A DNA stretch of 64,000 nt from an uncultured Bdellovibrionales bacterium (GCA_964605525.1 CAZSCV010000002.1:69888-133887), one strand, 5' to 3'; shown: positions 1-10,824, numbered from the stretch's first letter. Notes: a model not told the origin generated them from the sequence alone. A program made the numbers and translations.

Positions 1-648
1 ATCCATTCGGTTCTTGAAAACACCGGAGACGATGATGCCTATGACATCGAACTCCAATACTGGATTTCCGAAAACAAAACTTTCGGCGACGATGAAGACG
101 AATACCTCGCCTCCGATTGGATCGACCAAATCGACGCGGGAGAATCCCACGAAGACAGAAAAACCCAAGACGAAAACGGCGATCAACTCAGAACCCCCAA
201 CCAAGAGGGGCTTTTTTATATCTTCGCCATCGCCATCGTTGATACTGATAACTCGACCAACATCTCCGACAACAACGATGACGATGAGTATTCCAAACTC
301 ACCGTCAAGGAGTACATTCCTCCGCCACCTCCAATGGAAATTAAAATCACCGATCCTTCCAGCGGAGAGAAGTGGAAGACCAGTAGCGGTCATTCTTTGA
401 ATTGGAAAACCACCAACGTCCCCAAGGGATGCCACGTAAAGATTGAGTATTATCTTTACGAAAAAAAGAAGTGGTACGTCCTGGACGACTCCACCCCCAA
501 TTCAGATGGAGAAAAGAATTGGGATATGGAGAAATCTCCATACAAAGACATCATCAAAAAGGATACCGACGCCAAAGTCAGGATTACTGTCGTCGAGTAT
601 CCGAAAATATCAAATGAAGTCAAATTCAAAATTGATCACAAGAAATGA
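1..648 (+). CDS. C-terminal part of a larger acidic Asp/Glu-rich protein (5' truncated by window edge); frame 1 is open from nt 1 to stop at 646-648
   Basis: Continuous open frame from the window start. Listed ORF 334..648 is only the M-initiated tail. Low-complexity acidic N-part, then a Lys-rich folded-looking C-part. Confidence 0.45.
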   Translation: MHSVLENTGDDDAYDIELQYWISENKTFGDDEDEYLASDWIDQIDAGESHEDRKTQDENGDQLRTPNQEGLFYIFAIAIVDTDNSTNISDNNDDDEYSKLTVKEYIPPPPPMEIKITDPSSGEKWKTSSGHSLNWKTTNVPKGCHVKIEYYLYEKKKWYVLDDSTPNSDGEKNWDMEKSPYKDIIKKDTDAKVRITVVEYPKISNEVKFKIDHKK

Positions 649-675
649 AGCATATCAATCTTGAGTTTGACTGCC

Positions 676-712
676 AACGGAAAGTCTCGAAAGAGGTTTT
701 CCGTTTTTTTTA
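676..712 (+). terminator. Rho-independent terminator (AACGGAAA...TTTCCGTT stem followed by T8)
   Basis: Inverted repeat plus T-run directly after the stop at 648. Confidence 0.6.
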
Positions 713-804
713 TTACTCACTTTATTTTTTGAAATTTTTTATGTATAATAAAATGCAGTGGGCGGATATTGAGGTTTGGTTGATTTGAAATTAAGAATAA
801 TTTA

Positions 805-1368
805 ATGGAAGAGAATATTGCGAAAATTTTGGGAGTGGTGGCGGTTATAATACTCGGAAGCGGACTGATATTGGGCGAAGAAACTTTGCGGGAAAAATTT
901 TTACGGACAAAATCAATTGTAATCCGCTGGGCTGTTTACTCGATTCTTGATTATGGATTAACAGGACTTAGTATTCTCTTGGTAATCATATTTAAGCAAG
1001 CAGGATCGGGTTTTGCGGAAGCATTTTTTGCGATGTGGGCTTTTGATTTTATTTCAGCCGTCTTACTTCTTGTTATTTGCGTCAAGTCAGGAAAAGATTT
1101 GACTTTGGGACAAGAATATCGAAGGTCTATTGGGAAAATTTTTTTCAAATCAAAAATGGTCGGCGTGGTTTCTTTCCTTGCCTTTGCGCTGAAGGCGTCT
1201 ATTTGGGATGGCCCGGAAAGGATGGTCGAATACTTTAAAAATGAACTTAATACTATCCTTAAAAAAGGATTGGTTATCTTTTTTATGACATCACTTCAAG
1301 CGGTATTTTGGACAGGAGCTTATTCTTTGGGGTATGATGGGATTATGAGATTTTTAAATAATATATAA
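805..1368 (+). CDS. hypothetical integral membrane protein (4-5 TM helices)
   Basis: ORF with a GGAAGAG-like RBS context and hydrophobic segments; no recognisable family. Confidence 0.5.
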   Translation: MEENIAKILGVVAVIILGSGLILGEETLREKFLRTKSIVIRWAVYSILDYGLTGLSILLVIIFKQAGSGFAEAFFAMWAFDFISAVLLLVICVKSGKDLTLGQEYRRSIGKIFFKSKMVGVVSFLAFALKASIWDGPERMVEYFKNELNTILKKGLVIFFMTSLQAVFWTGAYSLGYDGIMRFLNNI

Positions 1369-1398
1369 TCAGCTTATTTCGCGGTTTTATTTAGAATC

Positions 1399-2748
1399 GT
1401 GCAGAATTTTTTTATGAATATACTTTTTGTTTCGAGAGATTTGTCGGGAGGGGATTTGGCGTATAGGTTGAAAAATGAGGGCAATGACGTGCGACTTTTC
1501 ATCGATGATCATGATTTGAAAAAATGTTTCGATGGAATGGTTGAAAAAACGGACAATTGGGAAAAGGATCTTGAATGGGTTGGAAAAGAGGGAATGATCG
1601 TTTTTGATAGCACTGGATACGGAAAAATTCAAGATGATTTGAGAAAAAACGGATATTCCGTTATCGGAGGATGCGAAATGGGAGATAAGCTCGAGCATGA
1701 TCGGCAATACGGACAGAAAATATTTTCTGCTTGCGGAATTAATATTGCTCCAACGGAAAGATTTGATTCATTGGAAAAGGCTGTTGCATTTGTGAAAAAT
1801 AATGAGGGACCTTGGGTTGTTAAGCAAAATGGACATCAAGATAAGACTTGTAATTATGTGGGAGAATTTAAGGATGGAAGGGATGTTATTGATGTCCTTG
1901 AATCTTATTTTAAAAATAAAGAAAAATGTATTCCGGTAGATTTGCAAAAAAGAGTATATGGAATTGAAATTGGCGTAGCGAGATATTTTAACGGAAATGA
2001 TTGGGTTGGTCCTATCGAAATTAATATGGAACATAAAGATTTATTTGCAGGATGCATAGGTCCGAAAACCGACGAAATGGGAACTTTGATGTGGTATGAA
2101 AAGGATGAAAATAACAAATTATTCCAGGCTACGCTGGAAAAATTAAAACCATTTTTTCAGAAAATAGATTTTCGTGGCGATGTCGATATAAATTGTATTG
2201 TCGATAAAGAGAAAATTTTTCCATTGGAATTGACAACAAGATTCGGCTGGCCTGCCATTCATGCACAAGAGTCTTTACATATATCCGATTGGAGTAAATT
2301 TTTAAAAGCGGTGGCGGACGGAGAAAAATACGAGTTAAAATATAAAGATGGATTTTCTATGACTGTTTTAATTGCGGTTCCTCCTTTTCCATATAAAATT
2401 GATAATGGAAAATATTCATTCAGGAATAAGGAAATTTATTTTTCATCCAAATTAACAGAAGATGAGATTAAAAATATTCATTTCGATGAAGTTTATAAGG
2501 ATAATGAGGGGAAATTTAGGATAGCAGGGGATTCCGGATTTGTTTTGAATGTTGCATGTTCAGGCGAAACAGTCGGGGATATTAGAGAAAATATCTATGG
2601 AATAATCAAAAAAATTATAATTCCAAAAAAATTCTACAGAAACGATATTGGAATAAAGTTTGAGCAAGAAGATCAAAAAAAACTTGAAAAGTGGGGATGG
2701 ATACAAAAAAGAAGCTTTTTCAGTTTTTGTGGTATAATTAAAAAATAA
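1399..2748 (+). CDS. ATP-grasp enzyme, PurD (phosphoribosylamine-glycine ligase)-like
   Basis: N-terminal MNILFVSRDLSGGDLAYRL resembles the PurD N domain (MKVLVIGSGGREHAL). ATP-grasp-like central region. Divergent, so the function is uncertain. Confidence 0.45.
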   Translation: MQNFFMNILFVSRDLSGGDLAYRLKNEGNDVRLFIDDHDLKKCFDGMVEKTDNWEKDLEWVGKEGMIVFDSTGYGKIQDDLRKNGYSVIGGCEMGDKLEHDRQYGQKIFSACGINIAPTERFDSLEKAVAFVKNNEGPWVVKQNGHQDKTCNYVGEFKDGRDVIDVLESYFKNKEKCIPVDLQKRVYGIEIGVARYFNGNDWVGPIEINMEHKDLFAGCIGPKTDEMGTLMWYEKDENNKLFQATLEKLKPFFQKIDFRGDVDINCIVDKEKIFPLELTTRFGWPAIHAQESLHISDWSKFLKAVADGEKYELKYKDGFSMTVLIAVPPFPYKIDNGKYSFRNKEIYFSSKLTEDEIKNIHFDEVYKDNEGKFRIAGDSGFVLNVACSGETVGDIRENIYGIIKKIIIPKKFYRNDIGIKFEQEDQKKLEKWGWIQKRSFFSFCGIIKK

Positions 2749-2766
2749 AAATTAAAAAATTAAAAA

Positions 2767-4467
2767 ATGTTTTGTCAAGATGCCTCGGCTCCATTTTTAT
2801 TTCTTTTTTCCGACATAGCTCCTCAGTTGTTATATTATTCACACTTTACCGGAATAATAGCAACATTGGTTATAGGATCCTATGTTTTTTTTAAGAATAT
2901 TTCTTCCATAAGCGCGTTTTTGATTTTTATTGTGGCGATTTTGTTTTCTTTATGGTCGATTTTTGATGTAATTACTTGGGTTAATATCGACAGCAGGATT
3001 ATAATGCTTTCCTGGGGATTGATGAATTTGGTTGAACCTTTGATATACCTGACTCTTTTGTATTTTGTTTCTCATTATCTGAGAGAAAAAACCGATTATC
3101 GATTCAAATTTGTTGTGGCTATTCTTTTTCTGCCGATCTTATTTTTACTTTCGACGACATATAATTTAAAGCATTTCGACCTTTCAGTGTGCGAATCAAT
3201 ACAGGGAGAATTGATGAAGTATAATTATTCTTTCGAAATGTTATTATCCACTCTGATTATCTATTTTATTGTGAAGAATTTAATATTTGTCCGTGAAGAG
3301 ATGTCAAGGAAGCACATTGTAATATTTTCTTTAGGAGTTATATTTTTTATTATTTCTTTTTCGTGGGCGAATATAGTTGGAAATATTACTACCAATTGGG
3401 AAATAACTCAATACGGACTGTTCGGAGCTCCTGTTTTTATGGGTGTTTTGGCATATTTGATTGTTCGTTATAAAGCCTTCAATGTAAAAGTATTTGGGGT
3501 GCAGGCTTTGATGCTCTCATTGATCATTATTATCGCCTCTGAATATTTTTTTGTTGATTCTTTGGTGAATTTTGTTTTGGTCGGGATTACCTTAATTTTG
3601 GCACTTGGATTCGGATATATCCTAACTAAATCGGTCAAAAGGGATATTGAGCAAAAAGAAGAATTGGAAGTTTTGAGTCAACAATTGGTAGCGGCGAATG
3701 TTCAGCTTAAAAAACTTGATAAGGCAAAAACGGAATTTATCTCCATTGCCTCCCATCAATTGCGAACCCCGCTTACTGCCATTAAGGGGTACACTTCATT
3801 GATCATAGAAGGATCGTACGGAAAAATAAGCAAGTCAGTTGAAGCTGCATTGAAAAAAACATATAGCGCTAATGAACGTTTGATTTTGTTAGTAGAGGAC
3901 TTGCTTAATGTTTCCCGTATTGAATCGGGGCGAATGAAATATGATCTGGCAGATGTTCGCTTGGAAGATTTGGCAACTCAATCGTACGACAGTTTGATTT
4001 TAAAAGCTGAAGATGAAGGATTATATTTGAAAATCAATCTTCCAAAAAATCCATTGCCGGTTTTCCATATTGATGGGGGAAAAGTGCGAGAAGTTATTTC
4101 CAATTTTATTGATAATGCGGTTAAATATACTGAAAAGGGCGGAGTGGAAGTGAGTTTTGAAATTGATTCCCAGTCGGCGAGAATTGTGATTTCCGATACT
4201 GGAATCGGAATTCCCAAGGAAGAGCTCGCTTATCTTTTTAAGAAATTTTCTCGCGGAAAAGACACTTCACGACTCAATGCGACTGGAACAGGGTTGGGGC
4301 TTTTTGTCGGAAAAAACATCATTGAAGCGCATGGCGGAAGGGTTTGGGTTGATTCGGAAGGAATAGGAAAGGGTTCAAAATTTTACATCCAGCTTCCGCT
4401 TAAATGGGTTGATCCAAATAAAAATTCTGGGGTCGGAATGAATGAAGAGGTAAATAAAGGAAAATAG
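2767..4467 (+). CDS. sensor histidine kinase with multi-TM N-terminal sensor domain (HisKA + HATPase_c)
   Basis: H-box SIASHQLRTPLTAIKGY and G2 box GTGLGLFVGKNIIEAHGG, with about 7 predicted TM helices N-terminally. No cognate response regulator in the window. Confidence 0.8.
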   Translation: MFCQDASAPFLFLFSDIAPQLLYYSHFTGIIATLVIGSYVFFKNISSISAFLIFIVAILFSLWSIFDVITWVNIDSRIIMLSWGLMNLVEPLIYLTLLYFVSHYLREKTDYRFKFVVAILFLPILFLLSTTYNLKHFDLSVCESIQGELMKYNYSFEMLLSTLIIYFIVKNLIFVREEMSRKHIVIFSLGVIFFIISFSWANIVGNITTNWEITQYGLFGAPVFMGVLAYLIVRYKAFNVKVFGVQALMLSLIIIIASEYFFVDSLVNFVLVGITLILALGFGYILTKSVKRDIEQKEELEVLSQQLVAANVQLKKLDKAKTEFISIASHQLRTPLTAIKGYTSLIIEGSYGKISKSVEAALKKTYSANERLILLVEDLLNVSRIESGRMKYDLADVRLEDLATQSYDSLILKAEDEGLYLKINLPKNPLPVFHIDGGKVREVISNFIDNAVKYTEKGGVEVSFEIDSQSARIVISDTGIGIPKEELAYLFKKFSRGKDTSRLNATGTGLGLFVGKNIIEAHGGRVWVDSEGIGKGSKFYIQLPLKWVDPNKNSGVGMNEEVNKGK

Positions 4468-4486
4468 TTTTTTTTGTCTATTTTTT

Positions 4487-4519
4487 AAAAAAGCAGACTT
4501 TTTACGAGTCTGCTTTTTA
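4487..4519. terminator. bidirectional rho-independent terminator between convergent HK gene and ispG (AAAAGCAGACT-loop-AGTCTGCTTTTT)
   Basis: Perfect 11-bp inverted repeat flanked by A/T runs on both sides. Confidence 0.7.
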
Positions 4520-4545
4520 TATGACATTATATTAAAATAAGCACC

Positions 4546-5607
4546 CTATTTTCTTTCCTTTTCGAGTCGTTTAATTTCTTCAAGAAGAGCGGGGAGAATG
4601 TCTTTTTCCTTAACGCTTTTGATAACTTTTCCTTTGGCAAAAATAGCTCCCATTCCTTTGCCACCTGCCACACCAATGTCGGCTTCGCGCGCTTCGCCAG
4701 GACCATTAACCACGCATCCCATTACAGCCACCTTAATCGGTATTTTCACCTTCAAAAGCGCTTGCTCGACTTTATTTGCCAGTTCTATTAAATTAATTTC
4801 TGTTCTGCCGCAGGTAGGGCAAGAAATCATTTCCGGTCCGCGCCGTCGCAATTCAAGCGATTGCAAGATTGCCCAGCAAGTGTCCATTTCTTCCAGTGGA
4901 TCAGCCGTGAGAGAAACGCGAAAAGTTGATCCGATGCCTTGATTTAACAAAACCCCGATTCCAATGGCGCTTTTGATAGAACCCTTAAAAGCGGTTCCTG
5001 CCTCGGTAACTCCAAGATGGAGAGGATAGTCTACTCTTTTAGCGAGCATTTGATATGCTTGGATCATATGTGGGACATTGCTGAATTTAATGGAGATTAA
5101 AATATCTTTAAAATTAAATTTTTCCAAAATCCTGACATGGCGCATTGCCGATTCAACAGCAGCTTTCGGAGTAGCTCCATATTTATTCAGAAGGTCCTGT
5201 TCGATTGATCCTGAATTAACTCCGATGCGGATAGGAATTTTTTTCTTTTTACAAGCATCAACGACAGCTTTTATTTTTTCTTCCGATCCGATATTTCCCG
5301 GATTGATTCTCACTTTGTCGATTCCCTGATTGATTGCTTCAAGCGCCAATTTGTAATCGAAATGAATATCGGCTACTAATGGAATATGGATTTGTTTTTT
5401 AATTTTTCCAATTGCTTTGGCGGCAACCATATCCGGAACAGCTACGCGAATAATCTCACAGCCGGCTTTTTCCAGCGCGAGAATTTGCTTGACAGTGTCT
5501 TTGACATTGCGAGTGTCAGTGTTGCACATTGATTGGATGCGGACAGGATTATCTCCTCCCAACTTCAAATTTCCAACTTTGACTACGCGAGTTGTGTATT
5601 TTTTCAT
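4546..5607 (-). CDS. ispG: 4-hydroxy-3-methylbut-2-en-1-yl diphosphate synthase (IspG/GcpE)
   Basis: Full-length similarity pattern to GcpE. C-terminal CPTCGRT...MGCVVNGPGE cluster-binding cysteines. Confidence 0.9.
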   Translation of the reverse strand: MKKYTTRVVKVGNLKLGGDNPVRIQSMCNTDTRNVKDTVKQILALEKAGCEIIRVAVPDMVAAKAIGKIKKQIHIPLVADIHFDYKLALEAINQGIDKVRINPGNIGSEEKIKAVVDACKKKKIPIRIGVNSGSIEQDLLNKYGATPKAAVESAMRHVRILEKFNFKDILISIKFSNVPHMIQAYQMLAKRVDYPLHLGVTEAGTAFKGSIKSAIGIGVLLNQGIGSTFRVSLTADPLEEMDTCWAILQSLELRRRGPEMISCPTCGRTEINLIELANKVEQALLKVKIPIKVAVMGCVVNGPGEAREADIGVAGGKGMGAIFAKGKVIKSVKEKDILPALLEEIKRLEKERK

Positions 5608-5737
5608 ATTTTTCTTTAAAAAATTTAACCGAAAAATTCTATTCTATAAAGAAAGGTAGCATTTAATCGGAGTATTTTCAAGCCCTTGCGATTTGATTTT
5701 TTGGCGTTATCGGGTAATATTAGATTATTGCCAAAAT

Positions 5738-6049
5738 ATGGATAATAAAAAATTCCAACGGAATATCGAGGATTTTGTTTGTGGAAATTGCGGAGCTCAA
5801 ATTGAAGGGAATGGATATACCAATCATTGCCCGTTTTGTTTGTGGAGCAAGCATGTTGACAAAAATCCTGGCGATCGGGAGGAAAAATGCCATGGAATGA
5901 TGAAGCCGGTTTCTATCCAAATGAAAAACGGCAAGCAAATAATTATTCACAAATGCCAAAAATGCGGATTTGAAAAATCAAACAAAGTTTCAAAAACGGA
6001 TAATTTTGAAAAAATATTGGAGTTAATGAAGGGAAATTTTAACAGTTGA
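5738..6049 (+). CDS. RNHCP-domain zinc-ribbon protein
   Basis: CGNCG...NHCPFC...KCQKCG motifs. Start taken at the internal ATG 5738 (MDNKKFQRN), since the upstream part of ORF 5693 has no support. Confidence 0.6.
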   Translation: MDNKKFQRNIEDFVCGNCGAQIEGNGYTNHCPFCLWSKHVDKNPGDREEKCHGMMKPVSIQMKNGKQIIIHKCQKCGFEKSNKVSKTDNFEKILELMKGNFNS

Positions 6050-6132
6050 GCAAAATAATAAAAAGTGGTAGAATATGTTTTGTCGGAGTAATTAATTTTA
6101 ACAGATTGAATTAATCTGAAATATAAATAAAA

Positions 6133-7527
6133 ATGAATCCAATTGATAAAAGCAAACGAAACAAAAAAAGGAGTGTAATCGCAATTGTTGCAATATTGAT
6201 GGCGGCTGGAGCGGTCTATTTATTTTTAAAAGCTGATAAAAAAGATATCCTCATGTCTTCCATTTCTGCGATTGAAAAAGTGTCCCGATTATTGCCAATA
6301 GAAAAAGATACGAAAGCGGAAATTTCCGCCATAGACAAATTATCCCAAGAACTTCTTAAGAAAGATGATGTCGAAAGAAGATATTTGATTTTGCTTCAGA
6401 ATAACATGGAATTGCGCCCCGGAGGAGGATTTTTGGGTCAATATGCGATTTTAAAGGTGAAAAATGGCGAGGTGGCATCCACTCAAATTGAAGACGCGAA
6501 TTTGCTTGACCAGCGGATTACGGCGAAAGTAACTCCGCCATATCCTTTCAAGCAGAAAATGCAAATCAAAAAATGGAAATTCCGCGATTCCAATTTTTCA
6601 CCGAATTTTCCAACTAATGCCGAGAAAGCCAAATATTTTTACCGCCTTAGCGGTGGCAATGATAATTTTGACGGAGTAATTGCTGTTAACTCTGATGTGT
6701 TTTCCAATGTCTTGAAACTGACCGGTCCGATAGTGGTTCCTGGTTACTCAACTGAATTTATCAGTGAAAACGCAGTTTTAAAATTGGAAGAAATTGTTGA
6801 AAAAGCATATATTAACAATGCCGCACTTGATTCCACTAACCGAAAATCAATAATGAAAAGTATGGGTCCGGTGATTATTGAAAAATTGGCGCACATTAAT
6901 AATATTCCGAAAATTTCCGAATTTGTTCTTGAAGAGTTACGCAATAAAAACGTGATGTTTAACTTTCGCGATGAGCAGTTGCAGGCGGAAGTGGAAAAAG
7001 TGCATTGGGACGGAGAAGTGGAGCAGGAATGGAGCGATGATTATTTGATGATGGTTGATGCGAATATGGGAGCGCTTAAATCCGATTATTATATGGACAG
7101 GGAAATTAGTTACAATCTTGATTTGACAGCAGAAAAACCAACAGCTGAATTGCGTATTTTGTATAAGCATAATGCAACTTATGGAGATTGGAGGACTAGC
7201 GATTACCATTCATATTTGCGGGTATATGCGCCAAAAGGGTCAACTCTTTTGGAGCGGAAAATGATCAGCTCTCCTTTGACACAGGAGGAATTTGGAAAGA
7301 CTTATTTTGGAGCGATGGTGGATGTTTTGATTGGGGGACAGACGGAAGCATATCTTAAATATGAACTCCCGGTAGAATTTAAAAGTAAAGATTACCGGCT
7401 ATTAGTCCAAAAACAATCAGGAGTGGGGGATGTTCCAATTAAAGTTCATATGAAAAATAACGATGGAGAATTTGATTATGAGGGAATATTGAAAAAAGAT
7501 TTGCATTTGGAATTTGGAAAAGAATAA
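6133..7527 (+). CDS. DUF4012 domain membrane-anchored protein
   Basis: N-terminal TM helix plus the hallmark LRPGGGFLGQYA motif of DUF4012. Confidence 0.6.
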   Translation: MNPIDKSKRNKKRSVIAIVAILMAAGAVYLFLKADKKDILMSSISAIEKVSRLLPIEKDTKAEISAIDKLSQELLKKDDVERRYLILLQNNMELRPGGGFLGQYAILKVKNGEVASTQIEDANLLDQRITAKVTPPYPFKQKMQIKKWKFRDSNFSPNFPTNAEKAKYFYRLSGGNDNFDGVIAVNSDVFSNVLKLTGPIVVPGYSTEFISENAVLKLEEIVEKAYINNAALDSTNRKSIMKSMGPVIIEKLAHINNIPKISEFVLEELRNKNVMFNFRDEQLQAEVEKVHWDGEVEQEWSDDYLMMVDANMGALKSDYYMDREISYNLDLTAEKPTAELRILYKHNATYGDWRTSDYHSYLRVYAPKGSTLLERKMISSPLTQEEFGKTYFGAMVDVLIGGQTEAYLKYELPVEFKSKDYRLLVQKQSGVGDVPIKVHMKNNDGEFDYEGILKKDLHLEFGKE

Positions 7528-7570
7528 AAAAATAGATTTTATTTTTAAAATTTGTTAGAATATATTTATT

Positions 7571-7681
7571 ATGAAGAACAAGAGATTTCGGAAGAATATA
7601 TATAGGATTTGGGTGGTTATTTCCCTTTTTGCAGTTATTGCAATGATTGTGTTTCTGATCGCGCCTCTTTTTTTGTATTAA
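7571..7681 (+). CDS. possible 36-aa single-TM peptide upstream of ftsB-like gene
   Basis: Small ORF MKNKRFRKNIYRIWVVISLFAVIAMIVFLIAPLFLY, below the ORF-track cutoff. Speculative. Confidence 0.2.
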   Translation: MKNKRFRKNIYRIWVVISLFAVIAMIVFLIAPLFLY

Positions 7682-7700
7682 AAAATAAAATTCCAACTGA

Positions 7701-8102
7701 ATGAAAAAGACGGGCTTAATAATTTCTTTCGGTGTGATTTTCGGCGGATTAGCTTTAATAGCAATGTTGCTTTATCCTTCATATAAGGAATACGAAAGAA
7801 ACAAGCGTATCAATGGTGAAATTGAAAAATTAAGCCAAGAAGCGGAAAAATTACGGGAGAACAATTCTGAATTAAGCGAGAAAATCGAGTATTTTAAAAC
7901 CCAGGCTTACAAGGAAAGGATTGCAAAAGAGAGATTGAATTTGCAAAAAACAGACGAGCAAGTTGTTGCCGTTAAACCCAGTATTTCAAAAAACGAATCT
8001 GTCGAAGTTTTGCAATTAAACAAGGGTGATGAAAATAAATTAGGCAAAATTGAATCTCCGAATTATCAAAAATGGATCAGGTATTTTTTTGGAAATTTAT
8101 AA
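7701..8102 (+). CDS. septum formation initiator family protein (FtsB/DivIC-like)
   Basis: N-terminal TM followed by a coiled-coil with leucine heptads (INGEIEKLSQEAEKLRENNSELSEKIEYFK). Confidence 0.55.
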   Translation: MKKTGLIISFGVIFGGLALIAMLLYPSYKEYERNKRINGEIEKLSQEAEKLRENNSELSEKIEYFKTQAYKERIAKERLNLQKTDEQVVAVKPSISKNESVEVLQLNKGDENKLGKIESPNYQKWIRYFFGNL

Positions 8103-8105
8103 ACA

Positions 8106-9152
8106 ATGGATAAAAAAGAAAAGAAAGAAGGAAAGAGAAGAGTGAGTTTTCCGGCGATGCTGGGTTCTTTTGCAATGTTTGCTTTTTTAATCCTGCTTTT
8201 TTCGGGTTTTTATGCCTCTCGGAATCATGACGGTGAATTTTCAAAAAAAATAACAAAATATGTTCCTCTTCCACTGGTGGCTGTGGATTATTTTAATTTC
8301 ATAAGCCTTTCAACTTTTAACGACGACTTGAGGTCATTGAGAAGTTTTTATGAAAATCAAGATTTTTCAGATTCAGGAATGCGAGTAGACTTTTCTACGG
8401 AAGATGGAAAAAAAAGATTAAAAATTAAAGAAAAAGATATCTTAAATAAGCTTATTTCTGATAAAGTAATTGAAATAGCTGCAAAAAAAAATGGAAAAAA
8501 TATCTCCAAGGAGGATGTTGATCAGAGTGTTTCCAGAAAAATCAAGGAATTCGGCGGGGAAGATAAAATAAAAGAAAATTTAAAAAAATTGTATGGCTGG
8601 AATCTCGAAGATTTCAAGGAAAAAATTGTCAAACCGAGTCTGTATCGTGACGAAATAGAAAAAATTATCGCTTCTGAGTATGGACAAGAGGAGAACATAC
8701 GGCAAGAGAATAAAATTAAAGAGGCTCAAAACAGGCTGTCCGAGGGGGATGATTTTGCCGGGATTGCCAAAGAATTTTCCCTTGGCAAAACAGCTGACCA
8801 AGGAGGGGAATTGGGGTGGTTCTCTCGTGAGCAAATTTTGGACGGACTGGCTGAGACATCATTTTCCCTGAAAGAAGGTGAAGTAAGCGACGTATTAGAG
8901 AGTGAATTGGGATATCACCTCATTGAATTAGAAGAAAAGAAAAGTGATGGAGAGCAAGAATTGATACGGGTACGGCAAATTTTTCGTCCAAAAATGACAA
9001 TGGATCGCTGGCTCTCCGAAGAGATGAAAAAGCATAAAGTTTGGATCTTTATTGATGGATATAATTGGAATTCTGAGCTTGATCTGGCTGATTTTTCCAG
9101 CGAAGAACTTCAAAAATTCGAGCAGGATCAAGGCATGGAAATTTTGCAGTAA
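8106..9152 (+). CDS. PpiC-type peptidyl-prolyl cis-trans isomerase (parvulin, PrsA/SurA-like foldase)
   Basis: Parvulin signature DFAGIAKEFSLGKTADQGGELGWFSREQILDGLAE...GYHLIELEE, plus an N-terminal TM anchor. Confidence 0.8.
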   Translation: MDKKEKKEGKRRVSFPAMLGSFAMFAFLILLFSGFYASRNHDGEFSKKITKYVPLPLVAVDYFNFISLSTFNDDLRSLRSFYENQDFSDSGMRVDFSTEDGKKRLKIKEKDILNKLISDKVIEIAAKKNGKNISKEDVDQSVSRKIKEFGGEDKIKENLKKLYGWNLEDFKEKIVKPSLYRDEIEKIIASEYGQEENIRQENKIKEAQNRLSEGDDFAGIAKEFSLGKTADQGGELGWFSREQILDGLAETSFSLKEGEVSDVLESELGYHLIELEEKKSDGEQELIRVRQIFRPKMTMDRWLSEEMKKHKVWIFIDGYNWNSELDLADFSSEELQKFEQDQGMEILQ

Positions 9153-9234
9153 AAAAACCACTTGATTCGAATTTCATATTGCAGTAAAATAGCAGAGTAA
9201 AAAATAATTAATAAATTTATTAAATAAAAAAAAT

Positions 9235-9417
9235 ATGTCAAAGCCAGTTGTAAATGAAGATTTGTGCATTGGTTGTGGAACATGTGAAGCTCTTTGCCCG
9301 AATGTTTTCAAAATTGAAGATGGAAAATCCCACACTATTTCCGAGGATTGCGATGAATGCAATTGCCAGGAAGTGATTGAGAGTTGCCCAGTGAATGCAA
9401 TTTCAAGCGAGGAATAA
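9235..9417 (+). CDS. 4Fe-4S single-cluster ferredoxin
   Basis: CIGCGTCEALCP...C motif; 60 aa. Confidence 0.8.
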   Translation: MSKPVVNEDLCIGCGTCEALCPNVFKIEDGKSHTISEDCDECNCQEVIESCPVNAISSEE

Positions 9418-9506
9418 AACTTATCGACGAATTGTTCATTTTTATTTTCTGCAAGTGATATGTTTTTTTGTTAACATAATTATTAAGTAATCTATGCTTA
9501 TTTGTT

Positions 9507-10814
9507 ATGGAAAAATTAAAAAATAGTGAAGAAAAAAATGATATTGTTTCGCAATACCGCGAGGATGATTATGAAAGCGGGGAAAAAATAAATGCTCAAA
9601 AAAGAGGCTTGAGAAATAAGTTTTTTATTGGCGCTGTTTTAGTTGTTGTTGTTTCTTCTTTTTTTGGGGCATCGTTCGGATTCGTTTCCGGCTTGATTGC
9701 GTCAAAATATCTAAACAAAAAAGAAGAAATCCAGAAAAATAATAATGAGAATAATATCCTTGGCGTGATGGATAATAATGAATCAGCTGTGATAAATGTG
9801 GTTGAAAAAGCAAATCCAAGCGTTGTGAGTATTGTGGTAACTAAGGATGTTCCGAAATTCCGCAGTTTTTTTGATAATCCTTTCGGTTTCGGTCCTTTTT
9901 CTTCTCCTTTTGAAAATAACAACAATGATGGCAGTTCGATGGAAAAACAAGAAGTGGGCGGAGGTTCTGGGTTTATCGTATCCGCCGATGGAACGATAGT
10001 TACGAATAAACATGTTGTGAGCGACAGTGAGGCGGAATACACAGCAATTACAAGCGATAATCAAGAATACAAAGCTAGCGTAATTGTGCGGCATCCCACG
10101 ATGGATATCGCGCTTTTGAAAATTGAAGGGAATGATTTTCCGGCGATTGATTTGGGAGATTCAATGAATTTAAAAGTCGGGCAATTTGCGGTTGCAATCG
10201 GAAATCCTCTCGGAGAATTCTCAAATAGTGTAAGTTTGGGAATAATTTCCGGATTGAAAAGGGATATTGTTGCCGGATCAACATTTGGTGGCGATGCGGA
10301 AAAACTTTCCGGTATTATTCAAACTGATGCGGCAATAAATCCGGGAAATTCAGGCGGACCACTTTTGGATTTAAGTGGAAAAGTTATCGGAGTTAATGTG
10401 GCAGTGGCGCAAGGAGCGGAAAATATAGGATTTGCTCTCCCAATTGAAGTTGTGAAAAAAACACTGGCCCAGATGAATGAAAACGGAAAAATATCCGTGC
10501 CTTTTCTTGGTGTCAGATATGCCTTGATTAATGAAAAAATAAAAAAAGATAATAATCTGCCATTTTCCTATGGAGCTTTGGTAGTGCGCGGAGAACAAAT
10601 TTCTGATTTGGCAGTATCTCCCGGATCCCCTGCTGACAAAGCGGGAATAGTCGAAAATGATATCATCCTTGAAATTAATAGTGAAAAAATTACAGAAGAA
10701 AAAACGCTCGCAGATATCATTTCTCAGTATGAAGTGGGCGAAGAAATTATTTTAAAAATTTGGCACAAAGGAGAGGATAAGGAGGTAAGAGTTAAATTGG
10801 AAGAAAAACAATAA
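9507..10814 (+). CDS. htrA: HtrA/DegP family serine protease (trypsin-like S1C + PDZ)
   Basis: [28 protein letters not shown] and a C-terminal PDZ-like segment; N-terminal TM. Confidence 0.85.
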   Translation: MEKLKNSEEKNDIVSQYREDDYESGEKINAQKRGLRNKFFIGAVLVVVVSSFFGASFGFVSGLIASKYLNKKEEIQKNNNENNILGVMDNNESAVINVVEKANPSVVSIVVTKDVPKFRSFFDNPFGFGPFSSPFENNNNDGSSMEKQEVGGGSGFIVSADGTIVTNKHVVSDSEAEYTAITSDNQEYKASVIVRHPTMDIALLKIEGNDFPAIDLGDSMNLKVGQFAVAIGNPLGEFSNSVSLGIISGLKRDIVAGSTFGGDAEKLSGIIQTDAAINPGNSGGPLLDLSGKVIGVNVAVAQGAENIGFALPIEVVKKTLAQMNENGKISVPFLGVRYALINEKIKKDNNLPFSYGALVVRGEQISDLAVSPGSPADKAGIVENDIILEINSEKITEEKTLADIISQYEVGEEIILKIWHKGEDKEVRVKLEEKQ

Positions 10815-10824
10815 TATAAACTTT

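Noticed and set aside
4598-5659. Plus-strand ORFs 4598..4942, 5078..5329, 5417..5659
   Set aside because: They are antisense to the well-supported ispG gene, with no RBS or domain support.
9596-10598. Minus-strand ORFs overlapping htrA (9596..10042, 9783..10094, 10075..10284, 10371..10598)
   Set aside because: They are antisense to htrA, whose catalytic motifs are unambiguous on the plus strand.
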